Shown piece after piece: positions 11,562-22,209 of a stretch of DNA of 42,340 nt. A model generated the notes under the pieces. That model was not told the DNA's origin, searched no databases, and saw nothing but the letters and a program-made list of their open reading frames with translations. Source of the DNA: Sphaeroforma arctica JP610. Its lineage: Eukaryota. Each line of letters begins with the position of its first letter. Position 1 is the first letter of the stretch. The stretch spans positions 38,540 to 80,879 of the forward strand of contig NW_014040182.1 in assembly GCF_001186125.1 (NCBI RefSeq), written 5' to 3'. Position numbers and translations under genes: made by a program.

Positions 11562-11835
11562 GTAAGACTATCGTTGCAGTGCAATTGTAGTGCGAATACT
11601 CGGTTCTTAATCTAGTTTGTGTATTTCCCTTCCAACAGGTTATTGTATCACTACGCGTGTACAAATCAAGTGATCATACCGTTGCTGTAGGTAGTATGGA
11701 GCCACGCTCCATCTAGTGGCACAATAGATGTGTTCTTCTCGCATTGAAAAAAAAAAATTCTGCCGGAATGATCCACGCTGAGTACGCTTGTATAACCAAA
11801 TTCAAATCTCCTATGCACTCCCCACACATTCACAG

Positions 11836-11917
11836 GGCCATTCCGGACAACTACTCGATCCTTTTTCTACAAGGAGGTGCCACAACGAATTTCGCTGCGC
11901 TGCCGTTGAACTTGGCG
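11836..11917 (+). CDS. PSAT1: PSAT exon 3: AIPDNYSILFLQGGATTNFAALPLNLA
   Basis: IPDNY..LFLQGG motif; canonical splice sites. Confidence 0.93.
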
Positions 11918-12152
11918 GTATGTCGTAGCTTTCAAGTATGACCTTAGCAGTTGTTTTGGTTTTGTGGGATGTATGTATTGAGGTGAACTCGCAACATCTG
12001 CTGTCAGTATTGTCCTGACCACACTGCTATAAATTCTTACAATAAAGTTAGCAATGCACTCTAAACGCCGGTACCGATCTGTTCACCTTCAACGTTATGT
12101 ATATACTAAAGTAGCTTGAACTCGTTCCCCTGTCTGTATCCTCTAAACATAG

Positions 12153-12215
12153 GGCCCCGAAGACACAGTCGACTACATGATCACCGGCTCTTGGTCCAAG
12201 AAGGCTGCAGAAGAG
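12153..12215 (+). CDS. PSAT1: PSAT exon 4: GPEDTVDYMITGSWSKKAAEE
   Basis: DY..TGSWS.KA motif; catag| acceptor and GAG|gtaggt donor. Confidence 0.92.
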
Positions 12216-12657
12216 GTAGGTAGATACTGTGGAATTTCGGATGGCGTGGTATATGGAAGGTCCGTTGTGGGCCTTAGCCTGTTTATGTATACTTGTGCTT
12301 CCGTGTTATACCGTGTATACTCGTTTTTGTTTTTAAATAGTCCTTCTCGATGTTTACTGGATCCGGACATCCTGGTACACTGGTTTGCAAACATGAATGG
12401 GACGCGGACAGACTGGTTACATATCACACTAGAATGTATAAACGATACCGAGTGCCTTTGTGCATCTGGTTGTCTGTAGAGCATCAAGCGTTTATGTAGT
12501 TAATCGAGCAGATCTTCCGTTTTGTACTTCGTTCCCACACCAACCGCCCACAGTGTGGCACATTCACCCGTTTATAACATAGCTCCGCTGCTCACACTGT
12601 TGTTGTTGTCGAACGTATTGCTTATTCGCACCCTCCTCATGCTACACTTCTGAACAG

Positions 12658-12796
12658 GCTACCAAATACGTCAAGAACGTGAACAAGGTGCTGCCCAAAC
12701 CCGCCAATGGCTTCACAGAAATCCCCGACAAGAGCGAATGGTCGCTATCTCCTGATGCCAAATACGTGTACTACTGTGACAACGAGACTGTTCATG
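12658..12796 (+). CDS. PSAT1: PSAT exon 5: ATKYVKNVNKVLPKPANGFTEIPDKSEWSLSPDAKYVYYCDNETVH
   Basis: YVYYCDNETVHG motif; canonical splice sites. Confidence 0.93.
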
Positions 12797-13278
12797 GTAT
12801 GTTATTCCTTATGTTGTTGGTTTTTGTCTCCAAAGTCCCAGAGTATTCATTCTGAACATGTCACGAGTTCGTTGTCCAATTTCGTATACTTCATGACACC
12901 GTGTTGTGGAAAGCGGGTCATATATGCATACCATGATACGTTTTAACCTTAAGTGCAACTATACAGCACCAACAGGCGCATGGATCAACAACTATGCAGT
13001 TCTGACCTTACAAATTGTGTCTATTTACGAGTTACATCCGTATCTTTACGCGCGTTTCCATAGCTGGACCGACATGTGTTGACTTCTTTAATTGTTTTGA
13101 TCCATCCTGCATCATACGGGTGCACACATGTGTTTATTAAAATTCCAACTCACGCCTGTACGAGTAAGGTCCATTGTGCCATTTTCTTCAGAGCTAAAAT
13201 TTTGGCGAGTAATACTTTCATTCTATTTCGAAACTGTTAAACGCTCATAGTGCAATTCGTTGTCCCATTTTATAACAG

Positions 13279-13419
13279 GCGTTGAATTCTCTACCGTTCC
13301 CGAGACAAACGGCGTGCCGCTAATTGCGGATATGAGCAGTAACTTCCTGTCACGTCCAGTTGATGTTACTAAATTCGCTGTCATCTATGGTGGAGCTCAG
13401 AAGAACATTGGCCCCGCAG
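13279..13419 (+). CDS. PSAT1: PSAT exon 6, including the PLP-binding lysine ([10 protein letters not shown])
   Basis: [14 protein letters not shown] and [11 protein letters not shown]; canonical splice sites. Confidence 0.95.
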
Positions 13420-13785
13420 GTACGTTTGGTCTGTGCATAGTAATGATTCATTGGCAGGTTCTTCGAGAGAAATCGCCCGTGTTTTGTTCGTGTGGCATCT
13501 CTTGGAGTATACTTTTAGTGCGCAAGAGTTGCTAACTACCATGTCCAATGCACATGTTTTTCAAGGAGAAAACTTTGTTGGTTTTGAAGCTGACCGTGTG
13601 TGGCCTTCAACCCAACATATATATCTATCTATATATATATATAGTATGATGCAATGTGGTGGTCGAGCCACACTATTATCATCATCCGCCATTTAGTTAT
13701 TCACTTCCTGAAAGTTTTGAAGCTGCCGATTAAACACTTCTTCTCACAATTCTTTTCTTTATCCCGACACGCTTCCATGTGGCAG

Positions 13786-13965
13786 GTATGACCATTGTCA
13801 TCATTCGCAACGATCTCCTGGGCAATGCTCAGGCGATCACTCCCACCATGCTGGACTACAGTGTGATGGCTAAAAACGGCTCCATGTACAATACCCCGCC
13901 CTGCTTCGCCATCTACATGGCTGGTCTGGTGTTCCGGTATTTGATCGACAATGGCGGCCTAGCGG
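13786..13965 (+). CDS. PSAT1: PSAT exon 7: [13 protein letters not shown]...[12 protein letters not shown]...NGGLA
   Basis: SMYNTPP motif; canonical splice sites. Confidence 0.94.
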
Positions 13966-14424
13966 GTATGTATGAGAATCAAATATGTCCGTATGTGTTG
14001 ACAGTCTAAAGTGTTTCTCCATTAGGGGTTAAAAAACCATGCGTATTCCAGTGTATGAGCTTGAGACATGCAACATAGAGCGCCCACCTCTTGTGGAATG
14101 CTACGGTGATTTATGTGCTCACTCTGGCCCAAAGTATATAAATCGAGCCTCTGTATGTTATCACAGCTGTTCGTTCTACTCAGGGGCGAGTTCACAAGGT
14201 GCATAATATGACTACTGTCTGCACATGTTCCTGTCTCTATTTGAAGCAGTATTCACCTCGACATATTGGGTTTGTGCTGCATCAAGTCACACTTAAACTG
14301 TATTAGGGATATGAACGTGTTTTTGATAGCCATTCTTAAATCTGTGGACCTTCAACGACATGAATGTCGTGAAACGCGCGTTCTACGCTCCTTTCTGATC
14401 CTATCTTGTAATATGTACATGCAG

Positions 14425-14623
14425 CATACTCAAAGAAGAGTGACGCCAAGTCTGGTGCCTTGTACAGGGCTATCGACGGCTCAGATGGTTTCTACCGCGC
14501 ACCGGTTGAGGAAAAGTCGCGTTCAAGAATGAACATACCTTTCCGCCTATCTAAGGAGGAGTTGGAGCCTGTATTCCTCGAGGAAGCTGCTAAGAAGGGC
14601 ATGGTGCAGTTGAAGGGACACAG
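14425..14623 (+). CDS. PSAT1: PSAT exon 8: [24 protein letters not shown]...[10 protein letters not shown]...LKGHR
   Basis: RSRMNIPF and LKGHR motifs; tgcag| acceptor and AG|gtaggt donor. Confidence 0.93.
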
Positions 14624-14852
14624 GTAGGTCATCGTTGAGATGTATTTGTGGAGTGGGGATGTGTTGGGGAGTCCTGGTTTCTATCCATTCTAGTGGGTCC
14701 AATTCAAACTTGTACGGCTCGCTCCTATGTTGGAATATATTTCAGTTGTCTGCAAATAATAGGTGGTTTATATTTAGACCTTTTTTGTTTTTTGTGTTTT
14801 TGTTTTTTCTGCGGTCGAACAAATTCTGAATTGGGTATTTTGCTTTATTCAG

Positions 14853-14955
14853 ATCGGTTGGAGGTATTCGCGCGTCAATCTACAACGCCATCACAGAGGA
14901 GGAAGTCTCTACCCTGATCGACTTCATGGATGAATTCAAGACGACGCACGCATAG
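14853..14955 (+). CDS. PSAT1: PSAT exon 9 (last): SVGGIRASIYNAITEEEVSTLIDFMDEFKTTHA*
   Basis: SVGGIRASIYNA C-terminal signature; TAG at 14953-14955. Confidence 0.94.
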
Positions 14956-16076
14956 ATGCACAAGTTAAGCTCGCAAAGTGTTGTAGCATGCAGAATAACA
15001 GGCAGCAGGTGGATTGCTCCTCTAATTTCTGCTCCCAGCTGTCTTTTAGCGAACCATGCTAACGAGAAAAAGCTCTGTAGGACTCGCAGCGAGAAGACCA
15101 TTGCTTTCCTTCATACGTGTACTGTATACAAAGGGGGAAATAATAGATCTTAAATTGCTGATATCGAGTAGTAGTGAATACCGATACCTTAGACACGTCC
15201 AGAGCAGTGTTTAGCATTCATGACCAGGGAAGGCCGTTAAAATAAAAGTCTAATTTTCTACCTGTATATGGATCGAAGTGCTTTGGGTATTGCCTACTGT
15301 ACATGATGTACCTATATGAATTTATATAATACCCCTAGGTGCACTCTGAAGTACTGTATCAGTATACATTTTCTATAAACACTGGAAAGTATTTGCATCG
15401 CCTGTGTATTTTACATAGTCAGGGTTCGCTGGATCTGCCAAAAATTTGGCTGTTTCCTCATAATTCAATTGGCGCAGATTAAACTTTAGGTGGTCTGGCT
15501 GGTTGCCTGGACACCGTTATGGAGAGGCGCCGCGTCTGCATGGTGGCCCAGAACAGTCAGTACTTAAAAAAATGGTGCTTTGATATATTCTCTGTCACAA
15601 TTCGGGGCGAAGAACTTGCGTGGAGTTACTTTTTCTCTGTCTAGGGCGACAACTTACGTTGAGAATGTGTTTGATTAGTCACTGGCCGATTGTCCTACAT
15701 GTTGCGAACATCATTAAGTCTCGTATAGACTTGTGTAGCAGATATCAATGCGACACTGTTGCTTTTAGGGTATTTTTACGTATATTCGTGTGGACAATCC
15801 AGTTCTGATTTCTGAAGAAAATCTTGATTTATTCCTATTCATTTGCCGAGTAGAATAGTATAATTCTTATGTCAGACCCTAACCGTCTAAGCTGGGCATA
15901 GCAAGCCAATGAACACGCGCACTGGTTTTTAATAGAGTACTGGGTCCGTGGAGATCTCGGAATATAGTGTCTTCTATAAATGAGACAGTTGACAATTTAT
16001 TCGACCCCGGCTATAGTAGCCCTTTGATTAGCTATAGGTGTTGTTTGTTTGACTCATGCATTGAATTGCGCTGTAT

Positions 16077-16356
16077 TGTTGTAAAACAATCATCCAGCTA
16101 CGTTGAAGTTAAACGTCGAATAACAGTATCTCAACGTTCTCCCTCTGTTCAGAGGGGGACATTTTTCTTTTATTCATTAAACCTTAATTACAGAACCTAG
16201 TTACTTCTGAGACATGGGCCAATCTAAAACCTTGATCGGTACAAATTAAGTTTACAGATTCTGATATTATAAACTAAAATGACCTAAACTAAAATAACAA
16301 ATTTAATCTTGTCTGGGTGAACACTAATAACCCCGTCTGAGTGTATTCCGACCACA
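16077..16356 (-). repeat. Putative 3' LTR of the Gypsy element, preceded by a polypurine tract
   Basis: Minus strand shows GGGGGAGT (16364-16357) then TGTGGT..., ending ...ACAACA at 16077 (5/6 terminal inverted match), with an internal AATAAA near 16170. There is no second LTR copy to confirm it. Confidence 0.4.
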
Positions 16357-16532
16357 ACTCCCCCATGCTGAAGCACTACCTACCAGTGTGCCAGCTGTAG
16401 AGAAAAGGAAAGGAATACTCATACCCTGACCGGTATGCTGGTATTTATCCTCAGAGAGCTAGAGGGCCCGAAGTATACGTCTCGAGCGCACCGTCGTTCA
16501 TAACATATAAGTAACTATATACAGGTAAAAAT

Positions 16533-16740
16533 CTAAATCTGGTCGCGGCGTCGTTTGCGCGCACGCGTCTGCGAGTCCTTGTTGTAGGCGACAATGTCGT
16601 TGAGGTCGGTAATGGCCTCAGCTGTCTCCCACGTGGGGTCGCCCTCGCGCCATCGCACCAAGTATTCAAGACTGCCTGTCTCATCGATCGGAATATGGCG
16701 GAACTCAACTCCACCTTCTGCCCACAAGGTATCCTCAAAT
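16533..16740 (-). pseudogene. Integrase C-terminal chromodomain
   Basis: WAEGGVEFRHIPIDETGSLEYLVRWREGDPTWETAEAI: the EYLVRW...TWE pattern downstream of the GPY motif. Confidence 0.8.
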
Positions 16741-16843
16741 AGTGGGTCTATACTACAATGTACTAACCGGAGGAGTTCAACACAGACTGGCTTGCCCTTG
16801 AATTCTGACGGTCGGACCCGTCTTTGTTCGCTAACTCGTAGCG

Positions 16844-17780
16844 TCACCCGATTATAGTCTTGATAACATACGGGCCAAAGAGAGGACGCATTGTTTTTGT
16901 CGTTCTGCCTTCCGAGCCCACCATCACTACGTCGCCTTCATCGAAGTGTACCAAGTCGTGGGCATACAGACGGTCGAAGGTCTTCGTTCGCTTGCCCGTA
17001 TACCTCTTGGTAATATGGTGAAGCGTTGGTAAGATGGTATCCTGCATCTCATCTAATCGTTGCGTCCATGTATCGTTAGTCACTGGTTGTGATTCCGGTA
17101 CCGCATCAGTAAAGTCGGCAAACGGTACATGCCTGCGTCCGAAGTACACGCTAAAGAGTGCACTCTTCTGTCTGCGGATATACGGAGGTTCTGATAGAGC
17201 ATCGTAAACGGACGGCGTTCATCCTATTGAAGTGGAACCGCCTCACAGCATTGCCGTATTGATCGTGTAATATCCTTTTGACGACGCTCGGCTGCCCATA
17301 AGATCTGTGGGCGATATCAGGGTGATGCCTTATGTAGCATGCCCACTTCCTGTAACAGGGTGACCACTATTTTTTTTGTAAACTCTGGTACCATGTCAGT
17401 TTGTAATCGTCGTGGGAAACCATGTTCACCGAAAATTCTGACATTGTCTGTACGGTGGTCACATTTGTCTTGTCCGGTGTTGCACTTAGAATCGAATAGC
17501 CAGTGGCAATGTCCAACACATGGAGAATGTACTTGATCTTCCTTAGGGATGTAGTCCATCTGGATGTGATCCCAAGGGTAGCGCGCGTCGATGCTAATCA
17601 TCGGATGGACGCCTCTACGTAGTGTATCCTGACCTAAACATGCACTGCATTTTCTCTTAACCGTCGTCTCCAGTTCTAGACCACCCAGCCACACATGTCC
17701 ATCGTTGCGGAGCTGTTGTACCGTATCGGCTGCCCCGTGATGGCCTTGCTCGTGCTGTACTCGTGTTAGTTGTGTACGCC
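16844..17780 (-). pseudogene. Gypsy integrase (HHCC, core, GPY/F), frameshifted
   Basis: HEQGH...KCSAC, PWDHIQMDYI, HGFPRRLQTDMVPEF, MYFGR, FDEGDVVMV and PLFGPYVI. Confidence 0.88.
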
Positions 17781-17954
17781 GAAGTTGTTCCTCTGGCGTT
17801 GCTTGTGTAAAAGTCGGTTGACCTTCGGCTTCAGCCATGGCGACCGATATCTCTCGTGCTGTGTCTAAACATTTCGCATACGGTATATGGCGTGGCTCTG
17901 CGTAACCCAGTCGCTTTGAGAAGGGGGTATCCAGCTTGAAATTATTGAATGGAC

Positions 17955-18352
17955 CTAGTCTCGATATCACTGTGTGACCCCCCCAAGGTGTCTTACCGCA
18001 CGCATACTTGCCAAATTTCAGCAATATATGTGAGTTTTCTAGGCACCAGTACCGGTTCAGCTTGAACTATCTGCTTGAGTAAATCGAATCATGGGGCCCA
18101 TGGTACCCAAGGTATACGTACTGTGGCGGATGCCCCCTCTGTCTTGATTTTCCTAAGCATCTTGTGTATCAATTTCTAAGGTGGGTTCATCCATTCATCC
18201 ACTAACGACCAGTCGTGCTTAAACGCCCCTTCCTTGTCATTCGTGGTCCAGAATCGAGGCAGTTGTGTGTTCTGTGGGTCCGCAAACACGTCTACATTGT
18301 TCGGACCAAGATCTGTTGTGCTTGTTCAAAGTATCTAGGAAACAGCTTCCAA
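17955..18352 (-). pseudogene. Dam-like / DIRS-type N6-adenine DNA methyltransferase domain embedded in Gypsy pol
   Basis: Manual translation: WKLFPRYFEQAQ /fs/ LGPNNVDVFADPQNTQLPRFWTTNDKEGAFKHDWSLVDEWMNPP*KLIHKMLRKIKTEGASATVRIPWVPWAP*FDLLKQIVQAEPVLVP. DxFA lies at 18281-18292 and NPP(TAG, from TGG) at 18176-18187. Confidence 0.85.
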
Positions 18353-18384
18353 CAATGTGTGTACAGTATCTCGGGTTCATCACT

Positions 18385-18819
18385 CTATGCCGTATCCTCA
18401 TGCACCCTACTCAACATATCTGGTAGGATATTCTTCTCCCCCGGGATGTGAGAAATCGTGAAGTTGAACGGCACGATGATGTGGTGCCATCCCTGTAGCA
18501 TCGGGTTAAGCTTGAGTTGTGTGTTCATATACAATGGTGCTTTATGATCTGTAACCACCGCAAACTGCTGCCCGTCCAGGTGGTCTCGAAAGTGCGTTAG
18601 ACCATACACGAGTGCGAGTAGTTTCTTCATGGGTGTAGCGTAGTTATGCTGTGCATGGTTCACCGTCTTGCTAAAGAACATCAGGTAGTGTTTCTTGCCG
18701 TCGACCCATTGGAACAATGCTCCGCCTATACCGTAATCTCTGGCGTCAGTCTCCAAATTCAGTGATACTCCTTCTATCGGAAAATGTAATGCCAATGCAT
18801 TTACCACCGCCTCCTTCAT
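18385..18819 (-). pseudogene. Gypsy RNase H domain
   Basis: LETDARDYGIGGALFQ, HNYATPMKKLLALVYGLTHFR, VVTDHKAP and HIPGEKNILPDMLSR. Confidence 0.92.
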
Positions 18820-18863
18820 TGCCTGCTACGCGTCGGCATGTCGTTGTTCCCATCGTTCACTAA

Positions 18864-19700
18864 TTAGCTCATTCGATTGAGTTTGCAGAACTCCCGTGGC
18901 GGCGCTACGATATGGGCAAAGTTGGGAAGGTGCTCGTGGAGATAGTTCGCTAAGCCTAACGCTGACGCTATGGCCTTGTAACGTTGTGGGGTTGGCCAAT
19001 CTAGCAGCTTTGCCTGTTTCTCATAATCCACATCGATGCCTTGTGCTGATACCTTCTTGCCCAGTATCATTACCTCCGCAATTGCGAGGTGGCACCTGGC
19101 TGGGTTCAGCTTAAAACTATGGTATATAAGACGCTTGATGACTTCCTTTACTATAAGGATGTGTTCATCGTAATCATCACTGGCAATCACCATCAATGTA
19201 GTGATGTACTGGTAGTCCGTCCAGGATTGTGCTCAATGTACGTTGGAACTGCTGCGTTAGTACATGTAGGCTGAATGGTGCCGATGTAAAAGAATACTGG
19301 CAGCGCTCATGTTTGAAGCTGAACAGACGAGCAGATATCGTGAATCTGGATGTATCGGTGGTCTGTGGTAGGCCGCCGAGATGTCCAGAGTTGTGTAGTA
19401 CCTTTTGCTCTTCAGTCGCGAAATAAGTTCGTTAACTTTCGGAATCAAGAATTGGTCACCGGGAATGAGCGCATTTACCGCACGCATGTCTAAACACACC
19501 CGTACCTTCTTAACTTTGCCTTCACTATCGAACGTGGGTACGGCAAGCTGCAGTAGATTAACTGTTGTTGGTTTAGTTCGCTTAGTAATGACTAGGTCTT
19601 TCATTCATTTCTGTACTTGCTCATCGACATAAGATAGCCATCGGTCTGATAAGAAATTACGCGTGGATCTGCGCATACTCATGGCTTGTTCTCGTGTAAC
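18864..19700 (-). pseudogene. Gypsy reverse transcriptase domain, frameshifted or partly deleted
   Basis: VRVCLDMRAVNALI, LIPKVNELI, YYTTLDISAAYH, DEHILIVKEV, FKLNPARC, ILGKKVSAQGI and LGLANY. Confidence 0.9.
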
Positions 19701-19999
19701 TGGTATCATGACATCACTATCCTTGAGGCGACATCGTGCGTTGTCTGGAATCGCCGCGTTTGCCTCTAACTAGGTAGTCAACCGTTGTCGAGCGTCCACC
19801 GGCTCCGTTGTGTTCGGCGACTGCCAACGTGGTATTGGTTTCAGCATCTCATCACAAAGCTCCGTGGGGTCGATAGGAGCAAGATGTGATTGAATACCGC
19901 CTATGTACAACCCTAGGCCTTATCATATCCTGTCCTATGATAATATTCATGTCCGTAGATAGGGATAATGTTATTAATTTCAAAAGAGATAAGTTACAA

Positions 20000-22209
20000 T
20001 GTATGTACGTTACAATGTATGAACATATGGTATGGCTTTCATAGCCGTTGTAGTGGTTCGGGAAAGATTGATGGGAAGAAGTGGTCAGTGAATTACCGTT
20101 TGAAGCTTGGGCCAAGTGAGTCGACAATGGAGGATGTGCGCCGAGTCAATTCGGGCCGGTGCTGACAAAACACTGATACGCTTGCTGACCTACTAAGTAG
20201 CGTACCCACCTCTGTGGTACGGATCGGGTCTGCGCCGTGTAGTGCCGTGGAATGGGTTGGTGCAAAGTACGAAATACCCAGTAGGACCAGATTATCCGTC
20301 ATAATTCGGTCGAGGAGCGAGAATGGGGGTGAGCCAATGCCGCACCAGACCACGGATGCATTCGGTATGTGCTGGCTGGCCGGGATCGGAAGTATCATAG
20401 GCGGGACCAACAAGCGCGATGATTTGGTTTGAACCGAAATTTGGAAGTAGTACTTTAACAGCGTGATTAGCCGGGGTATGGGGAATATCTGTTGATGCGT
20501 CAGAGACGGGTGAAGGTACGGTGGTTCTACTACATGCTGGAGAAAAGATCCAAGGTGTCGTGGAGGGTCCAGATACCGTGGAAGTCGTGGCACTCCTGTA
20601 TTTGCTGGAGGAGGTCAGGGCCAATGGGTGGCAGTTTCAGGCCTACCAGGATACATCGAATCAGTTGTTATATGCAGGTAAAGTGGCTGGTAGTGAACTT
20701 GTGGCTACCTGGGCAGTCGTCGATGCGGTAGTCGAGCAATGTGAACATGTACGTATTCGTTACAACCATAGAACAGAGCCGGATTGGTATTGGCTCGAGG
20801 CAGCGGTTGAAGCTGTCGTGCCTGGCTTTGTCTCGGTTTGAGGTTGGCGGTTTACCCATAACCAGTTGGTAGTAGTATTGGCGCCGGGCCATTGCCGCGA
20901 TCTCCTTGTTGAACCAACGTTTTGTTGAGTTCTTTCTGATGTCGTCACAGCGTGGCGGAGGGCTACATGGTTGGGTGTACGCCTGTCCGTGGTTTTGTGT
21001 ACAGTTTTCAGGTGAGCATAAATCCTGTACGGGAAAGTGATGGTTTGTCGTGGGCCCAGGCGGGTTGCGTCAGAGGGTTGAGTGGATTTGTGCTGGCCAT
21101 TGAATCGAGTTGTATTCCCGGGCAACCTCCGAGGTAGTCCGCGAATGGTCGCGCGGGGAGCAGGCCACAAAGTAGAGTAAGTTTGTTTGATGTTCGGGAA
21201 ACCGAGGGTATTTAATGCCCGTGATGAAGGCTGCTGCTTAGACTAGTGCTGAGTTCAAGCGCTCGAACAGGGCGTCCTTCCATATAGGCGGAGCCCAGGC
21301 AATAATGTTCAGGCCATATGTAGCCGTGGATAGGATGAATGTTTTGAACAGCACCAGTCGGTTGCGGAGGTGTCGCCAACTGAAGCCATGGAAGCCATAA
21401 GCGCAGAAAGAGGCGATACCCAGAGACAATGCTGCAACCAGGGATTCCATATGTCTGGCGAGGTTGATCCCTGATATTTCGTGAGAGAGTGGGAAGCCCA
21501 GATATTTGGAGTATTTCGGTTTGGCATGTGTGGGCACCATCTTCAGGGGAAGGTAACGTGTGTTCCAAGGTGCGTCTGCAAGCATCGGCGTGATACGCTC
21601 GCCATTTATACGGAGGGTTGGCGCCGCGTGTCGCAAGTCGGTGGATCGTACTCGGGGTTTAATGATACCTTGTTCGAGACCAGATTTGCGTCCCCACGCA
21701 TCAATGTCATCTAAGAAGGGCCGGAGCGGAACCAATTAAGGGGCTTGGATCCGTGTGTCATCAACAAATAAATAGTAGCGGAGGAGCTTGGGTCGAAATT
21801 GTGCTTGCGTGACAGTTAAGGAATCTATGTAGATAATAAAGAGCTGGGAGCAGACGATTGAGCCTTGTGGGATGCCATTCGTTCAGTGGAATAGAGGCGA
21901 GAGGGTGCAGCGGTATGTCACTTGGTTAGGGACCCTCTCAAATAGCGCGCGGAGGCAGTTGATCCAGTTTTCGGGCAAAGGGAAAGTGCTGTTGACCGTT
22001 GTTGTGTCTTCTCTGTGTCCGGGCTCAACAGCTGTAGCAATTCATGGGTCGCCATCAAATGCCATTTGGGGTATAGTTGGAGTGTGCGCTCGTATGTGCA
22101 AGCGTTGAGCCATTCTTCTAACAACTGTACCACATCGTGATTCAGTAGACTTTGCTGGATGCCATCGTCCGTCTGACAACGTTTACGCGCTCGACGGTGA
22201 TTTTCCACC
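20000..22209 (-). mobile_element. Decayed non-LTR (LINE-like) retrotransposon, 3' portion (RT, C-terminal Cys/His motif, possible RNase H-like tail); 5' end in the N-gap
   Basis: GIPQGSIVCSQLFIIYIDSL and YYLFVDDT (21750-21880), IDAWGRKSGLE, KYLGFPL, LVLFKTFILSTATYGL and DCPGSHKFTTSHFTCI (about 20670-20720). Confidence 0.85.

Larger units (their letters stand above)
16077..19990 (-). mobile_element. Decayed Ty3/Gypsy LTR retrotransposon (PR-RT-RH-[N6A-MTase]-IN-chromodomain), 5' part lost or replaced by a LINE
   Basis: In order on the minus strand: protease tail DMNIIIGQD (about 19930); RT VRVCLDMRAVN and YYTTLDISAAYH; RNase H LETDARDYGIGG, TDHKAP, HIPGEKNILPDMLSR; integrase HEQGH..CSAC, PWDHIQMDY, HGFPRRLQTD and GPY; then a chromodomain. 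Many stops and frameshifts. Confidence 0.93.

Noticed and set aside
13645..13712. Second C/D snoRNA candidate in PSAT intron 6 (ATGATGC...CTGA)
   Set aside because: No terminal stem, no convincing C'/D' boxes and no recognisable rRNA complementarity.
16077..19990. Classifying the MT-bearing element as DIRS/Ngaro
   Set aside because: It has a protease tail, a Gypsy-type RNase H, an HHCC/DDE integrase, GPY and a chromodomain, and no tyrosine recombinase motifs were seen.
20093..21170. Treating this region as the Gypsy gag
   Set aside because: It shares collinear motifs with the 3' part of the LINE at 31.2-32.0 kb, so it is assigned to the LINE.
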